Source of the DNA: Raillietiella orientalis
Taxonomy: Eukaryota
Direction: 5' to 3'
Length of the DNA stretch: 64,000 nucleotides
NCBI GenBank assembly: GCA_036172245.1
Contig: JAYWIR010000071.1
Coordinates: 1-64,000, forward strand
Shown: piece by piece, positions 1 through 10,884 of the stretch
Position numbering within the stretch: position 1 is the stretch's first letter
Layout: the number at the start of each line of letters is the position of its first letter
The notes under the pieces: model-generated
The model's database searches: none
The model's input: only the letters and a program-made list of their open reading frames with translations
Told to the model about the DNA's origin: nothing
Translations under genes and position numbers: made by a program

Positions 1-1515
1 ATTGGAATTGGAATTCTTCGGTATTAGAAGCCAAATCCGCCCCAGGAACTCATCAGCGACGACATCATTGTAGGGCAATGATGCAGGAAGGCGGAACCGA
101 TCCTCGATCCGTGCAATCATGGACGCCGGCGGCGGAGTTCAGGTCTCGCGGCGCTTCCGACCTCACCTCCAAGTCGTCGCTCATCAGCCACAAACGTCGG
201 CAACGCGCTCACAGGAACCATTGGGTGCGGGCAGTTCAAGGCGACGTACCACCCCTTCTAGGCTTGATGTTGGCTCCACCTACGACTACAAGGCGAGGTT
301 CGCAAAACGTTGCATTCATACAGCAGGCGGCTGGTGCTCCAGGACACCATCTGCCGACAACTCCAAGGGGAGCATCTGCAGCCATCCAGGAAGACTGCTC
401 TCGCGATCGCAAGAGAGCGCGTTCGCCGCAGCTGCGGCCCTTCGCTGCTTCGGGAGCCGGCCAGTTTGGTTGGCTTTCCTCGGCGGTCGAGTCCGTGCGC
501 GTTTTGCCCCGGGATGCAGCGGAATGCGTCCCTCGGCTAGCATGCTCCTTGGGTTTCTTTTTTGTCGATGAGAAATGCCAGTGCCGATGCCTCTCCTCTG
601 CTGCTGCATCCGCTCATTCTGGTGCGAGCCATTCCTGCGATGCCGGCGCTGTACTTTCCGCAGACGCGATGGACCAGGATGGAGCTTCCGAATGACTCGT
701 GCAATCGTGAGCCAATGCACTGCAACGCCCTTTCGCACCATATGCTCGGTCCAGCCCGTCACCCACCCTGTCAACAGAGGACGCTTGCTGCAGCCACACC
801 TTGGGATTTCGGATGCGATGCGGCCGGCGGCGAGCACTTGTTCCTTTAGGCCATCCATGCAGCGCACCTCCCATCACGATCGCGAGATGCTGCTTCCCTC
901 CGCACGTGTTCAGCCAATTCAAGGCCCACCGCGCACACATTCCATCTCTGGAGTCCTGTGTCCCGCGCGCGCCATTATGTGAGGCCGGTCCTCTGAGCAC
1001 GGAGGTAGTGACCCGTGTCGCGCGCCTCGCTTGACGTAAACGATCCTCCACTCCCAGTTTCCCAGCACGCTTACGGGCACTCATCGAAGAAGGGGAGGCG
1101 ACCGGTGGACAGGGACCCGTTCGGGAGTCTGAAAGCTCCAGTCCGGGCTGGAGAAGGCTAGGAGACAGTCGAGTCGAGAAGCGCGTCTAGCGGAAGCACT
1201 GCAACGGGAAGGTTCCTGCATGTTCGCGGAGCGCTCACTGAGGTCTCCCCGGACGAAATCCGTCGCTGATCCCTGCGACGAGTTGTTCCTTCCGATGCGG
1301 GGCATCATCAGAGGAACAGTGAGAGGTCGATGGGACAAGGAAGGGTGGTTCCGGAATTCCTCTTGGAGTTCCCCCAGCCACGCCTCCTACTGGAGGGATG
1401 AAGGGGCCCTCCCTCTCACCCATCCCGGGAAAGATCCTCTTCCGTTTGGCATTCGCGGAACCCCAGAGAACAGTGTATTCCAGGCAGAGGCGCTTGCGAA
1501 GCCGGAAAAGAGGAT

Positions 1516-1665
1516 TCAGTAGCTAAAGATCTTCTTCAGGGAATCCAGGATGCTGGCCGAATTGTCGTTCAACCACTGCATGTTGGCGCGGGTCCTGCTG
1601 GCAGCTCGCCTGCAGGCGGACGCCAAGTCCTCACGATACGAGAATTTGCCGGCGAGTTCGTTGAA
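1516..1665 (-). CDS. APN-like (peptidase M1) gene, terminal exon (end of ERAP1_C domain)
   Basis: Acceptor ttttcttccag, phase 0. Encodes FNELAGKFSYREDLASACRRAASRTRANMQWLNDNSASILDSLKKIFSY*, matching the APN C-terminal 'ALE.T..NI.W...N...I..WL' pattern. Confidence 0.8.
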   Translation of the reverse strand, partial: FNELAGKFSYREDLASACRRAASRTRANMQWLNDNSASILDSLKKIFSY

Positions 1666-2504
1666 CTGGAAGAAAACCGGAAGGTCAGGCCAGGCTACTC
1701 CTCTCAGCGTCCCCATGCCGTCGAGAGCGCTTCCCACCCTCCTTTCCATCGGGCGTCCACTCTCCGGCCCACGCGTCCCAGAGAGAGATCGAAAAAGCCG
1801 AGCCCCCTCCGGCCATTCGCCGCGAATGAAGAAAGGAGGGAGAGGAAGAACGTCACTCTGAGCCGTGGCAGGGTGCAACGGGAGGCGTTCCTGAAATGGA
1901 AGCCTGCAGGGAGGAGGAGCGGTGGACGAGCAGAAGCGGGGATTTCCTGCTTTCCTTCTTTCCCGGAGCTTCCGGGTCGAGTGGAGGGAAGAGAACCCTT
2001 ACCTGCTGGCCCTCCAACCAAAGGGAGACGGTGGAGAGGAGGGTTCCCAGGAGAGGGCGCATCTAAAAAGGGGACCGGCGATACGAGTAGTTGCCACGTC
2101 TACAGGCGCCTTTCCTCTCCGAGAGGAATCGGGTGGGCGGGACAAAACCAGATCGGGCGCAAGGCCACGACAGGGCGTGGAGGACGAGAGGGTGCGTGGT
2201 CCACGGAGATGCATCCCGCCATTCTTCCGCTGATCGGGGAGCCACGGGGTAGCGTCCCACCCACTCCCGTTATGCGGGACCTTCTGGCGTCCCGACATCC
2301 TTCCCGGCATCCTCATGGACCCGCTGCGCCTTCGCATCGCTCGTAGTGAGGGCTGCGCTCTCATACAGCACATGCGCGCAGCGCGGAGCGAATCGAGGAA
2401 GAATCATCCCCAAGGACACCACACAAGCACCGCCTCCACGGCTCCCCCTCCCACCGCGCGTGGCTCCCAACCTCTCTCTCAGTCGGAACTTGAGCGACAA
2501 ATAC

Positions 2505-2589
2505 CTGGTCCTCCTGGATCCCAGTGCTCTTGTACCTGGAGAACTCGGTCAGCACATCGACGATCCTCCGTGCTTTCCAGTCGTTGACC
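2505..2589 (-). CDS. APN-like gene, penultimate exon
   Basis: ccgtag|...|gtattt, 85 bp, phase 2 to 0, fitting both neighbours. Encodes (R)VNDWKARRIVDVLTEFSRYKSTGIQEDQ. Confidence 0.75.
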
Positions 2590-3169
2590 CTACGGAGGTA
2601 GCAGCGCCTAAGTCAGGGGAAGGGGTCAAGTTCGGCGGGCATCAGTCCGCAGGACGCACGCTTCGTCCTTCTGAGGGGGGAAGAAAGAAGAATCCGAAAT
2701 CCATCCCGGAAGCAGGGCTCCGAAATCTGCTCAGGGGCAGCCCGCAGGGTTTCCCCAGCGTCTCCGCTTCCCCAGAGTAGGACATTCCGTAGACTCGGAA
2801 AACAGTCCTCGCACTCACTGGATCGCTCACCTGGGAGGTATGGGAGCGTCCTCTTCCGCGAGGCTGTGGCAACCGAGCACCTGCCTGCGAGGACGCTCCT
2901 CGTGCAGAGGAGACCCGTCAAGGAAACCACCTGGTCACCGGAGGGCAGCAATCCGCGATCTCGGCAAGAAATGCCTGCAAAGCACCGCCGGACCCTGCTG
3001 ACATCTGCTATGGCGCTTCCCGACAGCCTGGCGGCTGCCAGCGCCCAAAACGGGGCACGGACGCGTTGAAATCAGAGGAGGCAGGGATGGGAGAGTAGAC
3101 GGAGGTCATCCACCTACTGATACGGAAACTGTTCCTCCTTTCCTCCTCTCTTCCCTTTCCCCTATACAG

Positions 3170-3353
3170 GAGAGCATCGCAGATTCCGCAGACCTTTCAT
3201 GAAATACCCACAAATCGTAAAATGATGAGCTCTGGACCCACCCCACCCCACTCCCAAGTTTGCTGCGGCTGCAGTTACTCCAAAAGATTGAAAGAGACGC
3301 AAGGAATAAAGAAGCGAGACGATGAAAGGAGAAGAGGACAGTGCAAGGAACAG
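3170..3353 (+). pseudogene. Inverted, decayed APN-like exon (block D, middle of ERAP1_C)
   Basis: Strong pyrimidine tract + cag acceptor and AG|gtagaa donor. Phase 2 in and out matches the gap between the - strand exons ending at 8130 and starting at 3687. SQIPQTFHEI resembles IPPDLRSV. Length 184 bp gives a net frameshift, with stops. Confidence 0.45.
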
Positions 3354-3561
3354 GTAGAAACGAGCAGGGGACCCGCTGGACCACATCTGCCGGCAAACAC
3401 ATCAACCAGGGCTGCCACCTCCGTGTTGCAGAGGTAGACTCCAGGAAGGAGCCCCATGCCCTGAGGGAGTTCGGCCGCAAGTTTTTCTGGTCCTTCAGGT
3501 GATGCGAAGGACTTTTTGCGGAAAGCAGGAATGCCTTCATCGCCGGAGCTCGGAACTATAC

Positions 3562-3687
3562 CTTCCCATCCCATCCAGCACATTGAAGACCACCTCGGTC
3601 GCCTCGGGGTTCAGCGCCAGAGCTTCAGAGTACATCCGAGCCTGCTCGTAGGACACCTCTGCGTTTGTCAGCACGTACAAGAGGTCC
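3562..3687 (-). CDS. APN-like gene, ERAP1_C exon
   Basis: ttttgcag|...|gtatag, 126 bp, phase 2 to 2. Encodes DLLYVLTNAEVSYEQARMYSEALALNPEATEVVFNVLDGMG, cf. 'RYL...IR.QD....VA.NP.G..L.WDF'. Confidence 0.75.
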
Positions 3688-3924
3688 CTGCAAAAGGAGC
3701 CTGGCATCATCACACGTGGACTTTCTCCTCGTTTCGATGAGAGCAAATGCAGAAAGCATCACTCCAGAGAGCAGCAGCGAACGTGGTGGAGGAAAAAGGC
3801 AGACGAAAGGCAAGGCCTACCCCCACGCGGAGCACGTGCTCCAGGCTTCCGTAGCCTGCGACCCAAACGCTCAGAGGAACAGAGCATCCCTGCGTTCACC
3901 CCTGCCATCCCTGTCCGCTGTCAG

Positions 3925-4800
3925 AGGTTCTGGAGGAGCCTCTACCTACCGGATCCCCATCTCCTGACACCCGTGAGGGCGCCAGCAGGTCTGCTTATCC
4001 CCCGAGAGGAGATGGGCCGTTGGCGAGAAATGTCCGCCTAGCCGCCGAGATTCCTCTTCAAGGCCGATTGAATGATCAGAGCGAATGCCTGAATTAGACC
4101 TCCGCGCGGGGAGCAAGAGAAGAGATCCCTTCGTTCCCCTTCACAGGAAAGAACTGCGCGGGAACCGGACATGCCAACTACGCAAAGGGGACTGGGGTAA
4201 GCACCATCTCGTCTTCCGGAAGCTGGAGCGGAAGGCGACGTCTCGTTTCTCCCGTTCCTGTTCCTCGCCAGACTGGCGGCGTTTCGAGGAACCCGGTTCC
4301 GGTTTCCGGTTGTCTGCGAAATAAGACTACTCCAGCCTCCTCCTGCGGGACTGGACAGCCTCTGGACAACAAACCGTGCGGATGACTCGGTGCTGGAAGA
4401 CTGTACGGGTGCATGCAAGGGGAGATCTTCATCAGCTCGTATCCGGAGGGAACTATCGAACGAGGAGGCGTTGCGCAGTTTTCCATAATTTTCTTTCGTC
4501 GGCGGCAACGATCCGCGCGATCATGCGGGTCCTCTGCCAAGGAGACGGTGGACAAGGTCGACGGGGTCACGCGTGTTTTCTCGTTTGAGCAAGAGACAGC
4601 CCGCATAGGTCACGCAGCGAGAACGCAAGGCGAGTCTCTCATGGTGGGGACACTGCTTACGCGAAGTGTCCTTTGTTTCCAAAGCGGCGTCACCCTCTCC
4701 ACGGATCCAGTCAAGATGGGAGGATTTGCCAATTCCAGTTCGGACCAGCAGCAACGGGAGGATGACGCTCTTCATTCGGCGAGTGGATGAGCGGGAAACC
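3925..4800 (+). pseudogene. Inverted, decayed APN-like exons (block C, end of catalytic domain and domain III)
   Basis: Exon-like pieces at 3925-3988, 4147-4234, 4272-~4470 and ~4685-4800. LLRDWTASGQQTVRMTRCWKTVRV resembles IMDTWTLQMGYPVVTVTR..TV.V, and RWEDLPIPVRTSSNG resembles W.IPI.Y.TS. Frameshifts present. Confidence 0.55.
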
Positions 4801-6486
4801 TCCAGAAGGAGAGCGAAAGCGGGCTGCAGGATCTGCCAACAAGCGTTCGCCCTATTGCCACAGGGCAGGCGACGGAGAGTCCTCTGGTGAACCAATCGGT
4901 CGGGTGAAGCACGCGGTGGTCGCCACGCCTGCCGCCTCCTCCGGATCGAAGAAGTGCCACTTCCGTGTCCTTCGCGCAGGTGATGACGTTCCACGGAAAC
5001 AATTCGGGGTGGGAAGAGGTGCGATGCGTCCGCGTAAGTGAATGAGAGCATCCGCGCGCTACGCGTGGTTCTTCCTGGTACGACACAGCTATTTGGCAAG
5101 GCACACATTTGATTGCAGGGGCGGACCGTACGGCTCGCCTGAACCCTCTCGAATGGCATCCATGCTCATCGAGATATTCAAGCTCTCAACGCGGAGCGCA
5201 GACGCACGGATCAGCTCAAATGCCGCGTTCTTCGCATGGGCGTAGGCGAGCAAAGGATCGAGGCAGGCAGCATCTTTCACCGTTCTATCAGGGATTTCTT
5301 TGCCTGGCACCCCATCGCGAAGAATAGGTCGTTCTTCAAATGAGGAGAGTCGGAATCTCCTTCGGGAAGGGCGGTGCCATTCTTTTCACTCTGGCAGAGG
5401 TAGGCAGCTCTCAGATCCAGGCACCTGGAAAGGAAAGGATGAGCGTGCGCGAGGCAGGCGAGACGAGGAAGGAAAAGACGGCGCTGGCGAGCCTGCAGTC
5501 CGACCACCTGCAATCACGTTTGCAGGCTGGTTGGCGTAGACCGGTGGGCGCAGATCTTACGCGAACGCATCGCACGGAACTCGGGACTTCCCCTGGAAGT
5601 CCCTCGCGAGCCGTGCGATCTCGGCTGAAGGGTGGCGCTCGCATGCGACAGCTCCCAGGAAAGGGAGGCGCCCAAGAAAGTCTCGTCGACGGGAGGGGAA
5701 GCTGTGATCGAATCTCGAGGTCTCAACGAGGACCTGCGGCAACTCGAGACTGAGGGAAAACGTACTGCCGCGCCTGCGCATTCGTGTAGGAGTGCATACG
5801 TGTTGCACGGAGTTGAAATGTGCGGAGTTATAGTCAGCCAAGCTTTCCTCAGCAAGCGGTTTTGCAGCACGCTTGAAAAAGGTCCAGCGAGGGAATCAAG
5901 TGTACGGTGGAATGGGATCGCGAGAACTGCTCTCGGCATCCGTGGCGAACAAAGGAAGTACCGCGTTTGTTTCCAGCGTGGTTGCTCGAATGTCTTCCCA
6001 TGGGGAGGATTTCCTAGAATGCGCTTGAGTTGTCTCCATTTTGATGTTTGCGTTTTCACCGGTGAGTGCAGCCGGAGGTGCAAAACCTGCTTCCAGTTCC
6101 CGATTACCCCTTCCCTCACCGCAGCGTTCCCGCCTTCTTTCTCTTCTGTTTGCTGTTGCCGCTCCCAACGTCCTGTCCGCGGCAGGGTGCGTCGGCTAGG
6201 AAGCGCAATCCCTGCTCACGTGTGGGGACGTCGCTGCCAGGGTCGGCCGTGTTAACGAGGAACTTGGGAACAGCTGAGGGTGCGTATCGTTCTACTTCCT
6301 TCCTGCTGCGGGGGGATATCGGGGATGCTACCGCGCGCGAGGACAGAGACATCCCGCTCGGGTTGCTCGAGAAGGCCTCACAGTCGACCGGGAAACCGGA
6401 AAGAAGCCACCAAAAGCGGGACCGTTGGGTGAAGCTTGTTGCACATCCACGCGAGCCTTCTTGAGTAGGATTCAGCTCGAGTGGCG

Positions 6487-6625
6487 ATACTATCCTGACA
6501 AAAACTCCCATATTCATCATCATTCTCTCACCATCAGCAATGATTCTACTTTCCACAATTAGCAGAGACATAATAGCCCCCATCATAGCTCTGACCGCCT
6601 CATCTATCCGACTACTCTCGGGATC
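6487..6625 (+). pseudogene. nad2: Small mitochondrial fragment, probably nad2
   Basis: A+C-rich island. In the invertebrate mitochondrial code it reads ILSWQKLP...MMAPIMALTASSIRLL, cf. nad2 LLTWQKIAP...GGLNQTSLRKL. Confidence 0.4.
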
Positions 6626-7144
6626 AATGGTGACTTTCGGAAGGGTGGCGTGTGATGTGGGATCAGCGGGACTGTTAAGTGAGCGTTCGTGGGACGCTCG
6701 GAAGGCGAGCTGCGAACCGAAAGATCTCTTGTGAGCTGGCAGCGACGAACCACCGAAGGCCTCCTGCGTGTTCTTTCCCGTGAAAGAGAGGCCTTTCCGC
6801 GACGGAGAGAGAGGGGACGAAATGAAAGGGTCGAGCGTGTTGCATGTGCGTGTGCCTCGTGTCTCCGTCATGAACGGCTTGGAATGACGATCTGAGTCGC
6901 CACTTCCGTTCGCTCGGAAAACAGTACAAAGGGTGCGAATGCGATCCTTAAAGGATGCTTAGAGAGTCGTGATTCGCAGAAACACCAGCGGAATGTGAAG
7001 TCATTGGTGTTTCACTGGGTTAGGGTGGTACACCAGAGAACGATCTGACATAATGAACTCATTGATCAGCTCTTCCCGTTTTTCTGTTTTCATGATCTCA
7101 CATGCGATATAAACGGCGTTGCCAGCAACTCCATCTTCTTATCG

Positions 7145-7900
7145 ATAGGGAAAGCAAGGGAGCATGAATCCAGTTTTAGGTTAATTATTAGGTGTCCTCC
7201 GTGTTATGAGGAGATGGACGGCCTGGTTATTAGGTAATTGGTTGGATAATGAGATTCCTTCGCCTGATGAAGGTGTATCATCATGGCTGAAACGGAGGAA
7301 ATGTGTTCGGAATTCTCCTCTTTCATATTTTTCTCTCTGTGTGTTTTTTAATGTGTTATATTACTGGTTTGTTAATGTTTGCACTTATGACGACTAAACG
7401 CCTACGTAGAATCAGAATCTTCGTGGTTTCCACAGAGAGTGAGATCAAGTTTGGATGCGTTTGGATAGGTTTTGTATAGATATGGAGTGACTAATGAGTG
7501 GAAGACTAGAGCGTGGGAACCCAGGGTTGTGATGTGTTGTAAGCAGGTTGAATGATCACGGGGTGGCTGCGGCTTATTCTTTGGTGGTTGCTAGTGGTGA
7601 ACTGGCAGGTGATGAGGTGGAGGTCATCGATGATCGATGATAGCTCACTCCTCATTTTGAATCCTACCAAATTATTTTGAGAGGGATTGCTTGTTGTTGA
7701 TTCATTGTCCAGGCAACCAATCTACGTATTTTAGAAGTGGATTCCGCTAGAGCTTTGTTTAGTGCGTGGCGCCTCATTTTGAAATTTGCTTTTGTTTTAG
7801 CGCGTTATACGCCTTAAGACTGAGACTATGGTTATGAGTTAGATTGGCTGGAATGAAGACGGACACGAATAAAGCTCTGAATTTTTCGTTGGAAGTTTTG
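7145..7900 (-). pseudogene. atp6: Degraded mitochondrial fragment (atp6 region)
   Basis: G+T-rich on +. The reverse strand at ~7200-7260 reads ISLSNQLPNNQAVHLLMT, cf. atp6 ISLSIRL.ANM.AGHLLMT. Boundaries are taken from composition only. Confidence 0.45.
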
Positions 7901-8129
7901 ATGAGATCGTAGTCAAGCGCGTGTGGCTCAGTTTGTCCTCGTCTGGCGAGTGTTTCTAGTCAAAGACCAAGCCGCAATCTGCCTTCGAGAGATCACAGAC
8001 TCAGAGGATGGAGAGAGTAACGCAGAACCTGATGACAAGAGTTTCGACGGTCCTCGAAAAGAGGACGAAGGAGCGAATGCCGGGCGGAGGCGAGCGACGG
8101 TCTGGAGGCACTTGCTGTCTCAAACTTAC

Positions 8130-8326
8130 CACTCTTCCTCATTGAGGTAGATTTCGTAATTTTCTTTCCACCAACTGTTGCAACTGGGGCTGCCGGCCTG
8201 GCAGGCGAGGAGGGTGAGCAGTTCCCTGCTCCTGATCTCCACGTAAGCCTCGTTGCTGTCTTCGAATTCTTGGCAATTGTCCTTCAGAGCAAAACCCGCC
8301 TGGTTGCTGATCTTTTCAAACAGATT
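8130..8326 (-). CDS. APN-like gene, ERAP1_C exon
   Basis: tctcag|...|gtaagt, 197 bp, phase 0 to 2, after a 57-bp intron. Encodes NLFEKISNQAGF...RSRELLTLLACQAGSPSCNSWW, cf. 'R..IL..AC..G...C'. Confidence 0.8.
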
Positions 8327-8383
8327 CTGAGACACCGGACGCTGTCATGAGTGACAGGCGAGATTGGAACTCCAGAAACATAC

Positions 8384-8710
8384 CCGGAAATGTCCAACCA
8401 AATCGCCAGACCTCTTGCTGTCACCCTGGGGCTGCATAAGACGCCACACAAAGAGCATGCCGTGGAGGAAATAGTAAAAGGAGATATCCGGCTTCTGTCT
8501 TTGAAGAATCTTCAAGGACAACTCGGAGAATGAGCCGTAAAGGAGATGATTATTTCGTGATAGAAGATCGAGGTCGAAGATCAGCTGCGAGTATCTCATG
8601 GAATTCGAGGTCTTGTTCATCGAACTTATAACCACGTCCCAGTTGTCTTTGTAATCCACGTGGTACAGTCCAAGCATCATTCTGTTGTACTGAGTTTTCC
8701 TTTCTGAAAT
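8384..8710 (-). CDS. APN-like gene, exon at start of ERAP1_C domain
   Basis: YNRMMLGLYHVDYKDNWDVVI...RYSQLIFDLDLLSRNNHLLY resembles N.NQTGYYRVNYD..NW..LI...NRAQLIDD.F.LAR.G.L.Y. Donor CGG|gtatgt. Several alternative acceptors lie between 8689 and 8711. Confidence 0.85.
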
Positions 8711-8754
8711 CTGCACATCGGGAGCGTTGCCAGCAGAACGTGACGGAGAGCATA

Positions 8755-9442
8755 TCGGATCTCCTGCAGGAGCCCGCCACTCTTGCGCGGAACGCTTTCC
8801 CTGATACAGGGGGACTGCTGAGCCGCTCCCTCCGTGCTCCTAGATGACCCCGAGGGAGTTCACTCATCCGCGTCCTCCCCATGCGGACATAAGGGAGCAC
8901 AACCCTCAGAAGCGATGAGAGATGCCGCCTTGTCACTCCTCCTACTTCTTCTAGGGAGGTTCCAGGGATGCTGGCACGCCGCCCTGAGGAATTCCTCCTA
9001 CTTTCCTTATCTCGCCGAGGCATGCCGACGCATCCTCTGCAGAACGCGCGCCACGCCCACCCCCTGCCGTTTTACCCCTCTCGCCTCCCCTCACTATGCA
9101 CAGTCGCATCCCTTAGTGCGTTCCCAGAGTCAGGATGAGTCAACAGGCGTGGGGAGGCAGATACACCAGCATGGGGGGACGGACAGGAAAAGCGGGAAGG
9201 CTGAGGCTTAAGACAAGGAAACATCCCAGCTCCACTTCACTACAGGACCCCGATCAGATCGACTGCCTTGGGGCTGTGCCGCGACCGACTCCATGCTCCA
9301 CCTTGAGGACTGTTTTTTTTTTTCCTCTTCTTTGTTCTCTCCGGGTTCTTTTTGGTTCGCTCAGTGATGAAGAACCGTTGATCTCCTTCGGGGAGGGAAG
9401 CAGGCTCACGAAGTCTTTCAACGCCTTCTACGCCACCCGAAG
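8755..9442 (+). pseudogene. Inverted, decayed APN-like exons (block B, M1 catalytic core)
   Basis: Motifs in expected order: SDLLQEP..NAFPDTGGLLS (cf. D.IA.PDF.AGAMENWGLIT), SVLLDDPEGVHSSASS (TALLYDP.VSSAS), AALSLLLLLLG..CWHAALRNSSYFPYL (IAHELAHQWFG..WWNDLWLNEGFATYV), EEPLI..LTKSFNAFY (SHPI..I...FDAISY). Clean exon at 9365-9442 (ctcag|..|gtaagt). Confidence 0.6.
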
Positions 9443-9482
9443 GTAAGTGAAACTCTTCAAGATAGAGGGCAACCCCGCAAAG

Positions 9483-9705
9483 ACCTCTCTATGAATCCAG
9501 GAAGACTTCGGAGGAGTCCGTTCCTCTCTTACCGGGAGGGAACCCCGAAGAGACCCCCTTGGTTGTCTCTGAAGGTAACCCCTTCCTTGTTCTCTCCGGA
9601 GGGACCCACGGAGGTGGCCACTCCATTATTTCTTCTCCGCAGGGAACCCTCAAGGGAACCGTTCCTTGTTTCCTCATCTAAAGGGAACCCAAAGGAACGC
9701 TTCCC
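9483..9705 (-). repeat. Dispersed repeat (copy 1) built from GGGAACCC/TTCCC motifs
   Basis: Reverse complement aligns by eye with 37955-38160, e.g. agcgttcctttgg..ttccctt, gttccctgcgga.aagaaat and aacggactcc...ctggattca. Confidence 0.7.
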
Positions 9706-9741
9706 AATCCTTCCAGTTTTTTCTTTTCTTTTTTTTCGCAA

Positions 9742-10294
9742 CTATCGGAAGCCTGAAGTATCAGAAAAACACATCCAGGATGTTACTTGCAGGAAGGTAT
9801 CTCTTTTTTCCCTCTTGTCCACTTCTGTCTCCTCTTGTCCAGCTGCACTTTTCTACCCTCCTGCCCGCTTGACCATCTCCTTGTCCACCTCCAGCTCCTC
9901 TTCGTCTCATGCAAACGGAGGTGCGATATCTTCGACAGGCTACAGCAACATTCCTGGGGACTCGTGGGGGCTTAGAATTCCTGCAGACGCCTGTGGGCAG
10001 CGGTCCGCCCCAAAGCAAAGATTCCGCTGGCCAGAGGAAACCGCTCTCGGCCTGGTTCCACGCGAATCGCTCCAGCTCGAGTCGCCTCTCGGAGCAACAG
10101 TGCCAGGAAAGGGAACGTCAGACAAAAGCTGTGGGTGCGCGCTCGCTGCCTTACCCCCAATCTTTCCCCCGGCCTTGCTGGAGGGTCCTCGGAAACGCTC
10201 GCGGGCGCAGCGTGTCGGACCTGAGGATGCGGGGACAGCCCGACCCACCAAGGAACGGGACGTTTTCCTGATTCCTGTAGTGGCTCGTCCCAAG
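9742..10294 (+). pseudogene. Inverted, decayed APN-like exons (block A, rest of N-terminal domain)
   Basis: Within ORF 9491-10297, in expected order: KHIQDVTCRK (cf. TQFQPTDARK), ARLTISLSTSSSSSSHANG (ATFNITLIHP...ALSNM), RFRWPEETALGLV (F.TTP.MSTYLV), RDVFLIPVVARPK (EDYFNIPYPLPK). Entry phase 2 matches the exon 1 donor. Confidence 0.6.
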
Positions 10295-10321
10295 TGAATC
10301 TCCGGACTCCAGACAACTCAC

Positions 10322-10884
10322 GTTTCCTTGCTGAAGGGGACGCTGTAGATGCCGTCCTCCTTCCTTCGGCCGATGCGGGAGGAGAAACTGAGAGTCACGT
10401 GGTGTGTCTCCTGGACGGTGAAGCCCCCATCCACGTGGACGATGAAATTGATCTTGTCGTGGTGGTCCATCGATAGGATCCTCGGGGTGATCCCTGAGCC
10501 CCTCCACACCTTCACCGAGCCGCGGGTCACGTCGATGTTCTCCCCGGTGTGGAGGACCAGAGGCAGCGCAGAGCAGTTGACGTTTCCGATGAACATGTCC
10601 AGCTCCAGGCTAGCATGCAGCTCCTCGGAATCGAAGTCGACGTTGTGGACCAGCACGTTGTACAGCAGGGGTCTCGTGCCGTCGCAGGTCGCAATCAGAC
10701 CGTCCGTGTTCCTGGTCGTCGTCGGTGGCGGGCCGCTCGGGGTCGACGGGGAAAGGGTCGTCGTCATTGAGGAGGTATTGTAGGCCGCGGGGGGAACGGA
10801 CATGGGGTACAGGAAGTATGCAAGAAGGGAAGTTGCGACGATCAACATCACGCAGACCACGACCCCCACGATCACTTTTCTCAT
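10322..10884 (-). CDS. APN-like gene, first coding exon (type II TM anchor, S/T/P stalk, M1 N-domain start)
   Basis: gccATG start, hydrophobic anchor VIVGVVVCVMLIVATSLLAYFLY, S/T-rich stalk, then RPLLYNVLV, LVLH and GIYSVPF (cf. PLHYDL.L, IVLH, GFYRS.Y). Donor AC|gtgagt. Confidence 0.85.

Noticed and set aside
1..1500. Overlapping GC-rich ORFs of 60-205 aa
   Set aside because: No recognisable motif; long open frames are expected at this GC content.
5089..5310. Candidate missing ERAP1_C exon on the - strand (KEIPDRTVKDAAC)
   Set aside because: The acceptor phase gives an immediate stop after the exon ending at 8130, and + strand 3170-3353 fits better.
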